Assembly: GCF_008000775.2 (NCBI RefSeq)
Contig: NZ_CP042905.2
Span: 30,001 to 62,000, forward strand
DNA length: 32,000 bases
Direction: 5' to 3'
Source of the DNA: Promethearchaeum syntrophicum
Lineage (GTDB): Archaea; Asgardarchaeota; Lokiarchaeia; Sigyniarchaeales; Promethearchaeaceae
Shown here: piece after piece, positions 1 to 9,997 of the stretch
Position numbering within the stretch: the first letter of the stretch is position 1
How the letters are laid out: each line of letters starts with the position of its first letter
The notes under the pieces: generated by a model
The model's database searches: none
Seen by the model: the letters and a program-made list of their open reading frames with translations, nothing else
What the model was told of the DNA's origin: nothing
Translations under genes and position numbers: made by a program

Positions 1-2638
1 GGATTTGTACAGCTAATGCACACTCGCAGAAATAGAGCGTTGTCATAAGCATAGTAAGTGTTTTTGCTTGAATTACGTCTACTCCACTCCACAACTCAGT
101 TGTAGCGCTTGTAAATAAATAATACGGATTTAATTTTCCTAATTCTGTATTCCGATTCGTAATTGATATTGGGGCATTAATATAAAGGAAATATATAACC
201 AACATGGCTAGTGCTAACAACGCACCATAAGAAATCAGTAAAAACATATATTTTTTTGATATTATTTCCTCGGAATTTCGAGGTTTTTCTTTCATTACAT
301 TTTTTGATATCGTATCAAAGGTTAAAATTAACCCAGGAATAGTATGTAATGTTAATGACAAAAACACCCATTGATACGAAAATTCTTCACTTAGAAAATA
401 GGGAAGTTTCTTTATCACAACTAAATAAAATTGGACAATTCCTTCAAATAGATTTGTGCAAATGAAGAAAAATACTAAGGATCGAATGTTCGCAAAAATT
501 CCTCTCCCTTGGTGAACCCCTTTTACAATAGAAGAGAAGGAATCGTCTGAAATAATCATATCTGAAGCTTCTTTCGCAACATCGGTTCCAGATATCCCCA
601 TTGCAATTCCTGCATCAGCCATGTTTAAAGCCAACGCATCATTTACACCATCTCCAGTCATAGCAACAATTTTATTAGCGTCTTTATATCTTTCAACAAT
701 AATTTGCTTATGTTTCGGGCTGACTCGTGCAAAAACTTTGATATTGAAAAATTCTTCAGAACTTTCCAATTTTTCAATCTTATCACCTTCAATTGCAATT
801 TCTTTTCCATTTTCTTTTGTTAAAATTGATATTTGTGATGCAATTGCTTTCGCTGTCATTAATGAATCTCCGGTGATCATAATAACATCAATTCCGGCTT
901 TATGACAATTTTCTATAGATTCTTTTACTCCTTCTCTGGGCGGGTCCATAATTGCAACAAAACCAATATATATAAGATCTTTTTCAATAATATCTCGTAA
1001 TTCTTCATCATCTACATCCTTAGGGAGTTCATCCATTACATTATAAGCCAAACTAAGTATTCTATAACCTTGCCGCGCATATTCATTAGCAGTATTCATT
1101 ACTACAAGTTTCATCTCATCAATGAAATCGAATGATTTATTTTCATCCCCCAAGAATTTAGAACTTGACATTATTAAGATTTCACTTGCACCTTTAGTGA
1201 ATACGTAATATTTACCATCTTCAGAGTTCTTAAAAACTTTTGACATGCGTTTTAATAATGAACTAAATGGATATTCTTTGATTTGTTCAAACTGCTCTAC
1301 ATCTTTTTTCTTCATTATCTTTTTATAAAAAGATACTAAAGCTCCTTCAGTCGGTGAACCTAATACTTTCCAATCGATAAAGCATTTTTTACCAACCTCT
1401 ATTTCATGTTTGATGAGGGATGCATTGTTATTTAGAAAACCAGCAGTAAGCAGTAATTTCAAATGTGGAAAATTATCAATATCTTCGACTTTTTGAGGTT
1501 CATTTATTTTATCTTTTAAGGTTATATCTCCTTTTGGTACATATCCAGACCCTGATACTGAAAAACGTGATCCTCGTACCCATATATGTTGAACACTCAT
1601 CTGTCCTTTAGTTAAAGTGCCAGTTTTATCAGAGCAAACAACCGATACTCGTCCTAATGAATCAACTGAGGTAAGATTTCGGACAATTATACCAGTCTCA
1701 GCCATTACTAGGACACCAGTTAACATTACAATAGTAGTAAGTAAAGGGATATTAATTGGCATAATATCCATAGCTGAATATAAACCGGGGATTATTGCAA
1801 TTTCACCTGTTGTGATATAAAGAATAATAACTACTGCAATCCATGCTGCCATAACCCCAATACCAAACCATTTTCCAATATTATTGAGTTTTTTACGAAT
1901 CGGAATTTCTGTTGAATTTGAATCTTGTAGTCCTTGAGAAATTTTACCAATTTCAGTATTTAGCCCAGTTTGAACTACTATAGCTAAGGCATTTCCCATG
2001 ACAATATATGTTCCATAGAATAGCATGTTTTCTTGGCTTTGAAGAGGAAGATTTTCACTTTTCAGTGCTTTTATATAACTTTTTTTAACTGGTTCACTTT
2101 CACCGGTAAGAGAAGCTTCATTTACTTCGAGATTTGTGGCTTCAATGATTCTTGCATCAGCAGGTATTTTATCCCCAGTATTAAGAAGAAGTAAATCACC
2201 AACTACAATATTTTTTGTCAGTAATTGCTCACGTTGCCCATTTCGTATTACATTTGTAGTAGGGGCAGCTAGATTTTTTAAAGCTTTTAATTTTTTTGTA
2301 GCCCGAGCTTGTTGAAAAATAGCAACAAATGAGTTTAGAAGTACTATTGCCATGGTAATATAAATAAGAAGCATATCACTCTCCCCAGTTATTAAACCTG
2401 CAACGAGAAGTATAATTGCAGCAATAAAATAAATAATAATTAACCAATTAAATAATGGAGCTAAGTAAATTTTCCATAAATTTTCAGTACCGGGAGGGAT
2501 TTCATTAAATCCTTGTGAATTAAGGAGTGTTAATGCTTTTCCTTCATCCAATCCTTTCCTTCCAGTGGAAAATTTCTTAAAAATCTCTTCTATTTCAAGT
2601 GCATAATTTTCTTCAGCTAATTTTTTAGCTTCTTCCAT
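1..2638 (-). CDS. Cation-transporting P-type ATPase (P2-like); C-terminal end runs off the left window edge
   Basis: Missing from the ORF track because it has no in-window stop. Manual minus-strand translation from the ATG at 2638..2636 stays open to position 1 (879 codons). The N-terminus reads 'MEEAKKLAEENYALEIEEIFKKFSTGRKGLDEGKA'. Recognised motifs: actuator 'TGES', phosphorylation site 'CSDKTGTLT' (about 1611-1637), 'MITGD', and hinge 'TGDGVNDALAL'. Confidence 0.93.
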   Translation of the reverse strand, partial: MEEAKKLAEENYALEIEEIFKKFSTGRKGLDEGKALTLLNSQGFNEIPPGTENLWKIYLAPLFNWLIIIYFIAAIILLVAGLITGESDMLLIYITMAIVLLNSFVAIFQQARATKKLKALKNLAAPTTNVIRNGQREQLLTKNIVVGDLLLLNTGDKIPADARIIEATNLEVNEASLTGESEPVKKSYIKALKSENLPLQSQENMLFYGTYIVMGNALAIVVQTGLNTEIGKISQGLQDSNSTEIPIRKKLNNIGKWFGIGVMAAWIAVVIILYITTGEIAIIPGLYSAMDIMPINIPLLTTIVMLTGVLVMAETGIIVRNLTSVDSLGRVSVVCSDKTGTLTKGQMSVQHIWVRGSRFSVSGSGYVPKGDITLKDKINEPQKVEDIDNFPHLKLLLTAGFLNNNASLIKHEIEVGKKCFIDWKVLGSPTEGALVSFYKKIMKKKDVEQFEQIKEYPFSSLLKRMSKVFKNSEDGKYYVFTKGASEILIMSSSKFLGDENKSFDFIDEMKLVVMNTANEYARQGYRILSLAYNVMDELPKDVDDEELRDIIEKDLIYIGFVAIMDPPREGVKESIENCHKAGIDVIMITGDSLMTAKAIASQISILTKENGKEIAIEGDKIEKLESSEEFFNIKVFARVSPKHKQIIVERYKDANKIVAMTGDGVNDALALNMADAGIAMGISGTDVAKEASDMIISDDSFSSIVKGVHQGRGIFANIRSLVFFFICTNLFEGIVQFYLVVIKKLPYFLSEEFSYQWVFLSLTLHTIPGLILTFDTISKNVMKEKPRNSEEIISKKYMFLLISYGALLALAMLVIYFLYINAPISITNRNTELGKLNPYYLFTSATTELWSGVDVIQAKTLTMLMTTLYFCECALAVQI

Positions 2639-2709
2639 AGATTATTCTTTATCATGGATTATAAAAAATTTGTTAAACCTCATAAGGATAAAATTAAATA
2701 AAAAAATAA

Positions 2710-3492
2710 TTACATTTTCCTCTTTATTTCTTGAGCTATAAATGTAGCAACATCATCAGCATATTTTCCTGAACCAAAACCAGCATCATAACCTAATTCT
2801 TTTGCTAAATCATTAGTAATTCTTGGACCACCCACAATTAATAGAATTTTATCTCGAATTCCTTCAGCTTCTAACATTTCAACCAGTTCTGTTAAATTAT
2901 GAATATGTACTTGTTTTTGAGTGACTGTTTGAGAAACTAATAGTGCATCAGCTTTTAATTCCTTAGCTTTTGCTATAAAATCCTCATTTAACACTTGAGC
3001 ACCCAAATTATATGCCTCAATCATTTCATAACGTTCTAACCCATAATGGCCCATATATCCTTTAGGATTCATTATAGCGTCTATTCCAACAGTATGAGCA
3101 TCAGTCCCAGTTGTTGCTCCCAGAACAATTATCTTTCTTTTAATATTTTTTTTAATGAACTCATCGGTTTCTTTTATGCTCATAACTTTTCCTTCAATAA
3201 CTGCAACATTGATACTATTATAGTCTATTTCTAATGTAGATCTTCCATATACTACGAAAAATGTGAAGTTTTGATCTAAAGAAGCATGATATACAACCGA
3301 AGGCTCGGAAAATCCCATTTTTTCAACATATTGTCGCGCTACTTCAACAGCTTTATCACCATCTTGAATGGGTAATGTAAAACTTAATTGAATTTGGCCA
3401 TCGTTCATAGTGTCGCCATATGGCTTGATTTTTGATAAATCAAGGGTTTTATCAAAATTTTTTTTCCTTGAAGAATATAATCCCCCGCCCAT
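2710..3492 (-). CDS. kamE: Beta-lysine (D-lysine) 5,6-aminomutase beta subunit, B12-binding
   Basis: 260 aa. Carries the cobalamin DxHxxG motif 'GTDAHTVGIDA' (about 3084-3107) in a Rossmann-like C-terminal domain. A strong SD 'GGAGGAG' lies upstream. The start sits 1 nt after the kamD stop. Confidence 0.9.
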   Translation of the reverse strand: MGGGLYSSRKKNFDKTLDLSKIKPYGDTMNDGQIQLSFTLPIQDGDKAVEVARQYVEKMGFSEPSVVYHASLDQNFTFFVVYGRSTLEIDYNSINVAVIEGKVMSIKETDEFIKKNIKRKIIVLGATTGTDAHTVGIDAIMNPKGYMGHYGLERYEMIEAYNLGAQVLNEDFIAKAKELKADALLVSQTVTQKQVHIHNLTELVEMLEAEGIRDKILLIVGGPRITNDLAKELGYDAGFGSGKYADDVATFIAQEIKRKM

Positions 3493-3493
3493 T

Positions 3494-5077
3494 TTAATTC
3501 TCCTCCATACCTAATTCTTTTTTCATCAAGTCTATGAAGGGATTATAATAATTTCTGTCTTTTGGAACCACACCATCTAAACCTTTACCACCATCATGAT
3601 TTCTTTTAATACCAGCAAAAATTCCTTCAGAAAGAGCTTGGAACAAGCCCTTTTTTTCAATTTCTTGTAATAATTCAGTTGCTTCTGCCAATACATCTTT
3701 CGCCCTCGTTTCTATTATACCATCAGGCTGAAAAGTTATTTCATCTCCCAAGTTTTCTAGATTATTGAATATATATTTTGCATTTTCAATTGATAATGCT
3801 CTATCATGCATAAAAGGAGTATGAATTGCCTCAGTAAGCATCCCCAACAAGCAAATCTTTTGATTGGTCATAATTGTAACAATATTGAAAAGGGCATCTT
3901 GAATATGTCCTTTGAAAATATTTCCTGTTATAAACTTAGTCGGTGGCATATATTTTAGTGGAGCATTAGGAAAGATCTCCCTTGCCATTTGTGCTTGAGC
4001 TATCTCATAAAGAAAGCCATTTTTAATAGATGGATTCATTTCAAAAGCATGACCTAATCCCATTTGTTCTTCCTTAAGCCCTGCAAGTAGTGCAAACTGT
4101 TCATTGATAAATTGTGAGGCAAGAACAGTATGTGCTTCTTCAAAAGCATCGGAAGTTGTTAAATAATTATCCTCTCCTGTGTTAATTGTAATTCCTGCAA
4201 ACGCGTTAATCATTCGTGAAAAATATTGGTCTATCAAAGTTCTTTTCATGTTAATATCACGAAAAAGAATACCGTATAATGCATCATTTAACAAAAAATC
4301 TAATCCCTCAAATGCAGCAATAATGGAAATTTCGGGCATACACAACCCGGATGCATAATTTACTAATCGAATATATCTCCCCAATTCTTCTCCGACATCA
4401 TCCAGAGCTTTTCTCATAATTCGAAAATTCTCCTGAGTAGCATAAGTCCCTCCGAAACCTTCTGTTGTAGCCCCATATGGAATATAATCAAGAAGACTTT
4501 GACCAGTAGTGCGAATAACAGCTATAACATCCGCCCCTTGTTTAGCTGCGGCCACCGCTTGGGTTACATCTTCATATATATTTCCTGTTGCTACAATCAC
4601 ATAAAGTAATGGTCCCTCTTTATCCCCGTATTTAGAAAGGAAATCTTCTCTGGTTTTCTTAGTGACTTTTATTTTCTCCAAACTTTTCTTCGAGACTGAA
4701 TCAATTTTTAATTTAATTTCAAAAAGATCATGGATTGGTAATTTTGTTAATTCTAATTTTTTATCCGCAATTTGTTCAGCAATTTCTTGTGGAGAAAGAG
4801 ATGTGTGGATCATAGCATTTCCGATAAAAAATGCAGCACCAAGACCTAATCCAGAACCTTGTTGAATGTTATTTACTACAATATTAGCTAGAGGAACTCC
4901 GAAATCATTAACTCCATCAATTCCAAGGATCCTGCAAACCGTTCTTTCAACAGAAACAGTGGTATAGCTATCGATAAATTTTTGCATTTTATATGCAATT
5001 TTTGAAGCACTTTTTCTTGCTTCTTTAATAACTGAATTATCTAAATTCAATTTAGACTTAAACTGGTTCTTTTTCAT
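3494..5077 (-). CDS. kamD: Beta-lysine (D-lysine) 5,6-aminomutase alpha subunit
   Basis: About 527 aa, the size and position expected of a TIM-barrel large subunit directly upstream of kamE. The track ORF begins at a TTG (5086). The first ATG, at 5077, is preferred. Confidence 0.88.
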   Translation of the reverse strand: MKKNQFKSKLNLDNSVIKEARKSASKIAYKMQKFIDSYTTVSVERTVCRILGIDGVNDFGVPLANIVVNNIQQGSGLGLGAAFFIGNAMIHTSLSPQEIAEQIADKKLELTKLPIHDLFEIKLKIDSVSKKSLEKIKVTKKTREDFLSKYGDKEGPLLYVIVATGNIYEDVTQAVAAAKQGADVIAVIRTTGQSLLDYIPYGATTEGFGGTYATQENFRIMRKALDDVGEELGRYIRLVNYASGLCMPEISIIAAFEGLDFLLNDALYGILFRDINMKRTLIDQYFSRMINAFAGITINTGEDNYLTTSDAFEEAHTVLASQFINEQFALLAGLKEEQMGLGHAFEMNPSIKNGFLYEIAQAQMAREIFPNAPLKYMPPTKFITGNIFKGHIQDALFNIVTIMTNQKICLLGMLTEAIHTPFMHDRALSIENAKYIFNNLENLGDEITFQPDGIIETRAKDVLAEATELLQEIEKKGLFQALSEGIFAGIKRNHDGGKGLDGVVPKDRNYYNPFIDLMKKELGMEEN

Positions 5078-5086
5078 ATTTCTCAA

Positions 5087-6547
5087 CTAATGATAATATT
5101 TTTTAGCATGATTTAAAACATCTTTATTTAATCCAAGTAAATTAGCAATATTAAGTGCATCTTTTGGAACTTTGTTATTATAAGGGACTTGTTCTAATCG
5201 ATAATCTATAAAATCTTGAATTACTTCAACAGAATTTTTTTGGGAAGTGAAAATTTTAGATTTTAATTTTTCAAAATTAACATTTTTCAAGCCAACAACT
5301 TGATAATGAGTAGTATTCTTGGATGGGATTCCATCATAGTGAGTAGCCATGACGGTTATCACTTTTAATTTTTTTAAATAATCAGAAATAGCTTTTACCA
5401 AAATTTTACCTTCTTTTGGATTTGTACCTCGTGCAAATTCATCCAAAAAAATAAATCCCTCATTTTTTTTAATTGATTTAAAAATTTCATCAATTTTTAA
5501 GATTTCTGCGCCAAATGAACTCAGTCCTTTCGATACATCTTGTAAATCGTCCGAAATGCCATGAATGAATTGAACAATTGGAATTCGGGCTTTTTTAGCA
5601 AACACATAAAACCCTTGTTGGGCGAGTAATACATTTAAAGCAATTGTGTTTAGTGAAACCGTTTTTCCTCCCATATTAGCTCCTGTAATAATCGTTACTC
5701 CTGATTTTAGAAGAACGCTAATGGGAGTAAAAGACTTGTTATTTCTCAATAATATGTCTTGGATAAAAGGATTATTCATATTTTCTAAATTAATTTCTAA
5801 AGATTTGATGATTTCAGGTTTAGTTCCATGATATTTTATAGCTAAATTTGCTTTTGCAAGAAGAAAATCAAAATATCCAATTGAGATAACATTATCTTCA
5901 AGAATAAAAATATTTTTTCTTAATTTCTCAGATAATTCCTTTCTAACACGGAATTCCTCTGCCTTTTCTTCAATAACAACGGAATCTCGTTCCTTTTTTA
6001 GTAATTCTTTAACTATTTCATCTACTTCTTTTGCATAATTTTCTTCAATTATCCTTTTCTTTTCCCGAATATAAGCAAGCTCTTTTGAATAAGATTCACA
6101 AATATGAAAGGTGGACATTCTTTGATTTTTAGGATCCAAGAAGTCTAACAGAGGTTTAGGTGATCTAAGATAGATTTTATCAACTTGAAAATCAATTTTC
6201 TTATACAACTCAATTAATTCTTCAGTTATAAGACAAAAATTCTTTATTTCAAACAATTCCACTTCATCGAGAATTTTTTGGTTCTGGATTTGTATTATGG
6301 TTCTACTAATATCTTTATATCTATCTAAACAAAATTCTATATCATGAATCAAATTACTTTGATGTTTAATTAGCTCTATTAATTTTTCCAAATCATTTAA
6401 TTCTTTAATTAATAAATCGCTGTTTTCAATTTTATAGGATTTAATCTTGTTTTTTTCATTCATTCCATAAAATGTGTGAATTTGCATTGCATTCATGAGA
6501 AAATTATAACCAATTGCTTCTCTTTGAGTATCATCCAAATAATCCAT
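5087..6547 (-). CDS. MutS-domain-V family ATPase without a mismatch-binding domain; putative lysine 5,6-aminomutase reactivase ATPase (KamC-like)
   Basis: Walker A 'GANMGGKTVSLNT' (about 5660-5690). Walker B/signature 'FIFLDEFARGTNPKEG'. 'VMATHYDG', cf. the MutS 'ATHY' motif. The N-terminal ~260 aa are helical and Lys/Glu-rich, with no MutS domain I. The track start is a TTG at 6580. The ATG at 6547 is preceded by 'AGAGGGAA'. Confidence 0.8.
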   Translation of the reverse strand: MDYLDDTQREAIGYNFLMNAMQIHTFYGMNEKNKIKSYKIENSDLLIKELNDLEKLIELIKHQSNLIHDIEFCLDRYKDISRTIIQIQNQKILDEVELFEIKNFCLITEELIELYKKIDFQVDKIYLRSPKPLLDFLDPKNQRMSTFHICESYSKELAYIREKKRIIEENYAKEVDEIVKELLKKERDSVVIEEKAEEFRVRKELSEKLRKNIFILEDNVISIGYFDFLLAKANLAIKYHGTKPEIIKSLEINLENMNNPFIQDILLRNNKSFTPISVLLKSGVTIITGANMGGKTVSLNTIALNVLLAQQGFYVFAKKARIPIVQFIHGISDDLQDVSKGLSSFGAEILKIDEIFKSIKKNEGFIFLDEFARGTNPKEGKILVKAISDYLKKLKVITVMATHYDGIPSKNTTHYQVVGLKNVNFEKLKSKIFTSQKNSVEVIQDFIDYRLEQVPYNNKVPKDALNIANLLGLNKDVLNHAKKYYH

Positions 6548-6566
6548 TATTGTTTCCCTCTTTTTT

Positions 6567-7604
6567 TTAACTATCTTCAAGTAAATTGAAAACCGATATT
6601 TGAATATTCTGTTTTAGTAACTTTAGAAATTTGTCTTTACTAAAACCATCTCCTATCGGTGATTTTGGGTTTATAGTTACCCCGACAATTTTAATTGGAT
6701 ATATAACCTTTAAAATTCCTCCACTTTTTTGAAATCTACTTAAAACTTCTCTTGAAAGAAAAAGTTTAGTAGAATCTTCCACCAATAAAACCATTCTGTT
6801 ATAATTTTTCACATAATTCATAAATTCTTCAATAAAATTATCGCTAACAATACCCTTAACAACTATAATTTGATAATCATTAAGTAACTCCTTCTTAACA
6901 TTCTTTAGAGCTTCTCTAGCATTAAAATTGTTAATGATTTTCGTTTCATGATTAGGAGAAATAAACCCAATTGTTCCATTTTGAATAATTTTCTTTGATA
7001 AATTAATGATCTGTGAATTTTTTTCACCTTCTAGAGAAAGTAAATTAACTAAATGAGACGTATGGTGCACAACTCTATCAATATCAGGTGAGAAAGCTGC
7101 TCCAGTTGCTAGAATCGTTGCATCTGTCACGATTGGTGATGCATAAGATTTTCTATTTACGGCACCATCTATAATTACGAAATCGCAATTAAAACTGAAT
7201 AAAATATTTTTTATTTCTAATAGTTCTGAGTTTTTAGAAGGTCCAGCCAACTCAACGAAACCATCAGATAATGCCCTAATGATTAAAATTTCCCCTAGTG
7301 GTGTTTTAAAATCAGTTGCAACAAGAATTTCCTTAGTTATATCAGTATTAGAAATACATTGTTTTGCTGTTGCAATTATGGTCCCTTTTTCTACGTATAT
7401 TCGTGGTTTTGGAGTGGAAAAAATTGCGTCTTTGCTTTCCCCATCACGACCTATTGAAGTTAAGCCGAGATTATATTTGTTTTTTGCAATATTTATCATA
7501 TAATTAAGAGTTGTGGTTTTCCCTACATTTTTTGCTGTTCCAATTATTGAAATTGATTTAAACTTGTTAAAAATATCCAAAAAAAAGGCTAATTTTTCTA
7601 GCAT
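6567..7604 (-). CDS. P-loop NTPase (SIMIBI/CbiA-DTBS-like Walker A) of unknown function; candidate second reactivase/chaperone subunit (KamB-like)
   Basis: N-terminal Walker A 'SIIGTAKNVGKTTTLNYM' (about 7516-7542). Embedded between kamA and the MutS-like gene. The start is ambiguous: GTG at 7616, 5 nt after the kamA stop, or ATG at 7604. Confidence 0.6.
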   Translation of the reverse strand: MLEKLAFFLDIFNKFKSISIIGTAKNVGKTTTLNYMINIAKNKYNLGLTSIGRDGESKDAIFSTPKPRIYVEKGTIIATAKQCISNTDITKEILVATDFKTPLGEILIIRALSDGFVELAGPSKNSELLEIKNILFSFNCDFVIIDGAVNRKSYASPIVTDATILATGAAFSPDIDRVVHHTSHLVNLLSLEGEKNSQIINLSKKIIQNGTIGFISPNHETKIINNFNAREALKNVKKELLNDYQIIVVKGIVSDNFIEEFMNYVKNYNRMVLLVEDSTKLFLSREVLSRFQKSGGILKVIYPIKIVGVTINPKSPIGDGFSKDKFLKLLKQNIQISVFNLLEDS

Positions 7605-7621
7605 ACAACTTACCACACAAA

Positions 7622-8872
7622 TTAATTACAACTTGACTTTTTTCTATTATTTCTTTCTAATCCTTCGGGTTCTAAAGAAATTCTCTGTCCATTTAACAAA
7701 CCTGCTACTCCAATTAAGTTAGGATCTTCATCGCTTACATTAGGGCACCCAGGAGTATAGAATTTAGGCTCTTCGTAAGTAGTAATAACACCTTCATAAT
7801 TGCGTAAAACTACACGATTATTCCCCTGTGAGATTACATAATTAGGCATTACCGGAATTTTCCCTCCTCCTCCAGGTGCATCTACAACGAAAGTTGGAAC
7901 ACAAAAACCAGAAGTATGACCTCTTAAGCCTTCAATAATATCGATACCTTGGGCAATAGTTGTTCTAAAATGAGATAATCCAATAGATAAATCGCATTGA
8001 TAGATATAATAAGGTCTAACCCTCATTTTCACTAATTCGTGAACTAATTTCTTCATCACAGGGATACAATCATTAATCCCTCTTAAAAGGACAGATTGAT
8101 TTCCCAAAGGAATACCAGCGTCTGCAAGCATTGCACATGCTTTCTTTGAATCATCAGTAATTTCATTAGCATGATTAAAATGAGTATTCAACCAGATTGG
8201 ATGATATTTTTTTAACATAGAACATAATTCAGGGGTAATTCTTTGAGGCATGACACAAGGCGTACGAGTTCCAATTCGTATTATTTCTACATGGGGAATT
8301 TTACGTAAATTTGAAATAATATATTCTAGTCGTTTATCTGAAAGCAATAATGGATCTCCACCCGATAACAAAACATCCCTTACAGATGGAGTATTTGCAA
8401 TATATTCAATTGCATTATCAACTTGTTCTTTGGATGGTGCTTTATCCACGTGACCTGCAAAACGACGACGAGTGCAATGGCGACAGTACATGGAACAGAC
8501 ATGAGTAATTAAAAATAGTACCCGATCTGGATATCTATGGGTAATTCCAGGAACGGGGGAATCTGTATCTTCGTGTAAAGGATCTTGAAGATCTGCTGAT
8601 ACCTCATGAGTTTCTTTTATTGAAGGTACGGATTGTCTCTTAATAGGGTCAATAGGATCGTTGGGATCAATTAATGTGAGATAATATGGAGTTATCGCCA
8701 TTCGGAATACTTTGGTTGTATCAATTACGTTCAATTCTTCTTCTCTAGTTATAGGAAGATATTTTTTTAGCTGTTCGACATCACCAATTCGATTTTTGAC
8801 TTGCCAATGCCAATCATTCCAATCTTCATCGGATACATCTGGATATAATTCTTTTCTTCTATTTACACGCAT
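7622..8872 (-). CDS. kamA: L-lysine 2,3-aminomutase (radical SAM, PLP)
   Basis: 416 aa. Radical SAM cluster motif '[12 protein letters not shown]' (about 8462-8497). The N-terminus '[22 protein letters not shown]' and the 'GGGGK' region are typical of KamA. Full length includes the C-terminal domain, unlike the shorter EpmB. Confidence 0.93.
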
Positions 8873-8881
8873 AATTATTAC

Positions 8882-9919
8882 CTAAACATACTTTTCTTCG
8901 AAAAGTTTCATAAGTTTTGGGCTTTCTCTTAATACATCTAAAGTCATTTTGGCATGATTTTTAGTATATCCATTACCAATTATCATTGAAACATCTTTAC
9001 CTACACCTTCAGCCCCTAAAGCTGCTTTGGTAAAGCTTGTAGCCATGGAAAAGAAATATACAATACCATCATCACGCACTGGAAGAATACTTGACATTTC
9101 AGTATCAGATATATTCACACAATTAATTGAAATATCCACTTCTTTCCCCTCATTAGCTTCGAGTGTTTTTTCATAGACTTCAACTGGATTTCTTGCATCA
9201 GCTACAACAATGGAACCACAAAAACCAATATTTCGAAGATATTCTGCACGTACTTCATTACGGGCTAAACCTAATACTTTACCGTTAGTTCCCACGATTT
9301 TTTTAGCCACATATGAACACATTACTCCAGATTTCCCAGTTGCGCCTAATATTAACACGTTATCCCCCGGTTTAACAAGTTTCATTGTTTGAGCAGGGGC
9401 ACCTGCAACGTCTAAAGCTGCTAAAGCAACTGCATCAGTCATATCTTCAGGAATTTTTGCATAGATCCCACTTTCAAAGAGAATTGCTTGAGCTTTTACT
9501 ATTACTTTATCAATATTCAATTTAATATCGAATATTTCATGAATTTTCAAAGGAGTTAAAGATAGTGAGACTAACGTAGCAATTCTATCTCCAACAGCTA
9601 GATCGATTTTTTCTTTTAATGCGTCACCTATTTTTGCAATTTTACCCATTAGCATTCCACCAGATCCAGTTACCGGATTTTGCATTTTACCCCTTTCTTC
9701 GACAATTTGCATAATCTTTTTTTTAATTTTTTCTGGATCTCCGTGAGCTTCGCTTTTCAGCTGAGTAAAACTCGCAGAATCAATATTAAGTGCATCTACG
9801 TCAATTAGAATTTCATTATCGAAAATTTCCATATCATTGGAAATTTGTTGTGCTGCTTGCGGCATTGATCCTAATGGATTAATTACGCGATGAGTTCCGA
9901 AACGATTACCTTTTTTCAT
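8882..9919 (-). CDS. kdd: 3,5-diaminohexanoate dehydrogenase
   Basis: About 345 aa. Rossmann segment 'VLILGATGKSG'. N-terminus 'MKKGNRFGTHRVINPLG'. First gene of the operon with kamA/kamDE. The track start is a TTG at 9931. The ATG at 9919 has 'GGTG' 7 nt upstream. Confidence 0.85.
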   Translation of the reverse strand: MKKGNRFGTHRVINPLGSMPQAAQQISNDMEIFDNEILIDVDALNIDSASFTQLKSEAHGDPEKIKKKIMQIVEERGKMQNPVTGSGGMLMGKIAKIGDALKEKIDLAVGDRIATLVSLSLTPLKIHEIFDIKLNIDKVIVKAQAILFESGIYAKIPEDMTDAVALAALDVAGAPAQTMKLVKPGDNVLILGATGKSGVMCSYVAKKIVGTNGKVLGLARNEVRAEYLRNIGFCGSIVVADARNPVEVYEKTLEANEGKEVDISINCVNISDTEMSSILPVRDDGIVYFFSMATSFTKAALGAEGVGKDVSMIIGNGYTKNHAKMTLDVLRESPKLMKLFEEKYV

Positions 9920-9972
9920 TAAAAACACCAATTTTAAATTAATTAATTATCCGAACTAATAATGTTTTTCGT

Positions 9973-9997
9973 CAAAACAAAAAGGGAATAGCTTCCC
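9973..9997 (-). terminator. Hairpin GGGAA-GCTA-TTCCC followed by T5GT4 on the minus strand
   Basis: Read directly from the sequence. It lies 55 nt downstream of the relic LKR stop and about 55 nt upstream of the kdd ATG. Confidence 0.45.

Noticed and set aside
621-1820. Track ORFs 621-905(+) and 1617-1820(+).
   Set aside because: They are antisense to the P-type ATPase ORF, which carries unmistakable catalytic motifs. Their products are low-complexity Ile/Ser-rich peptides.
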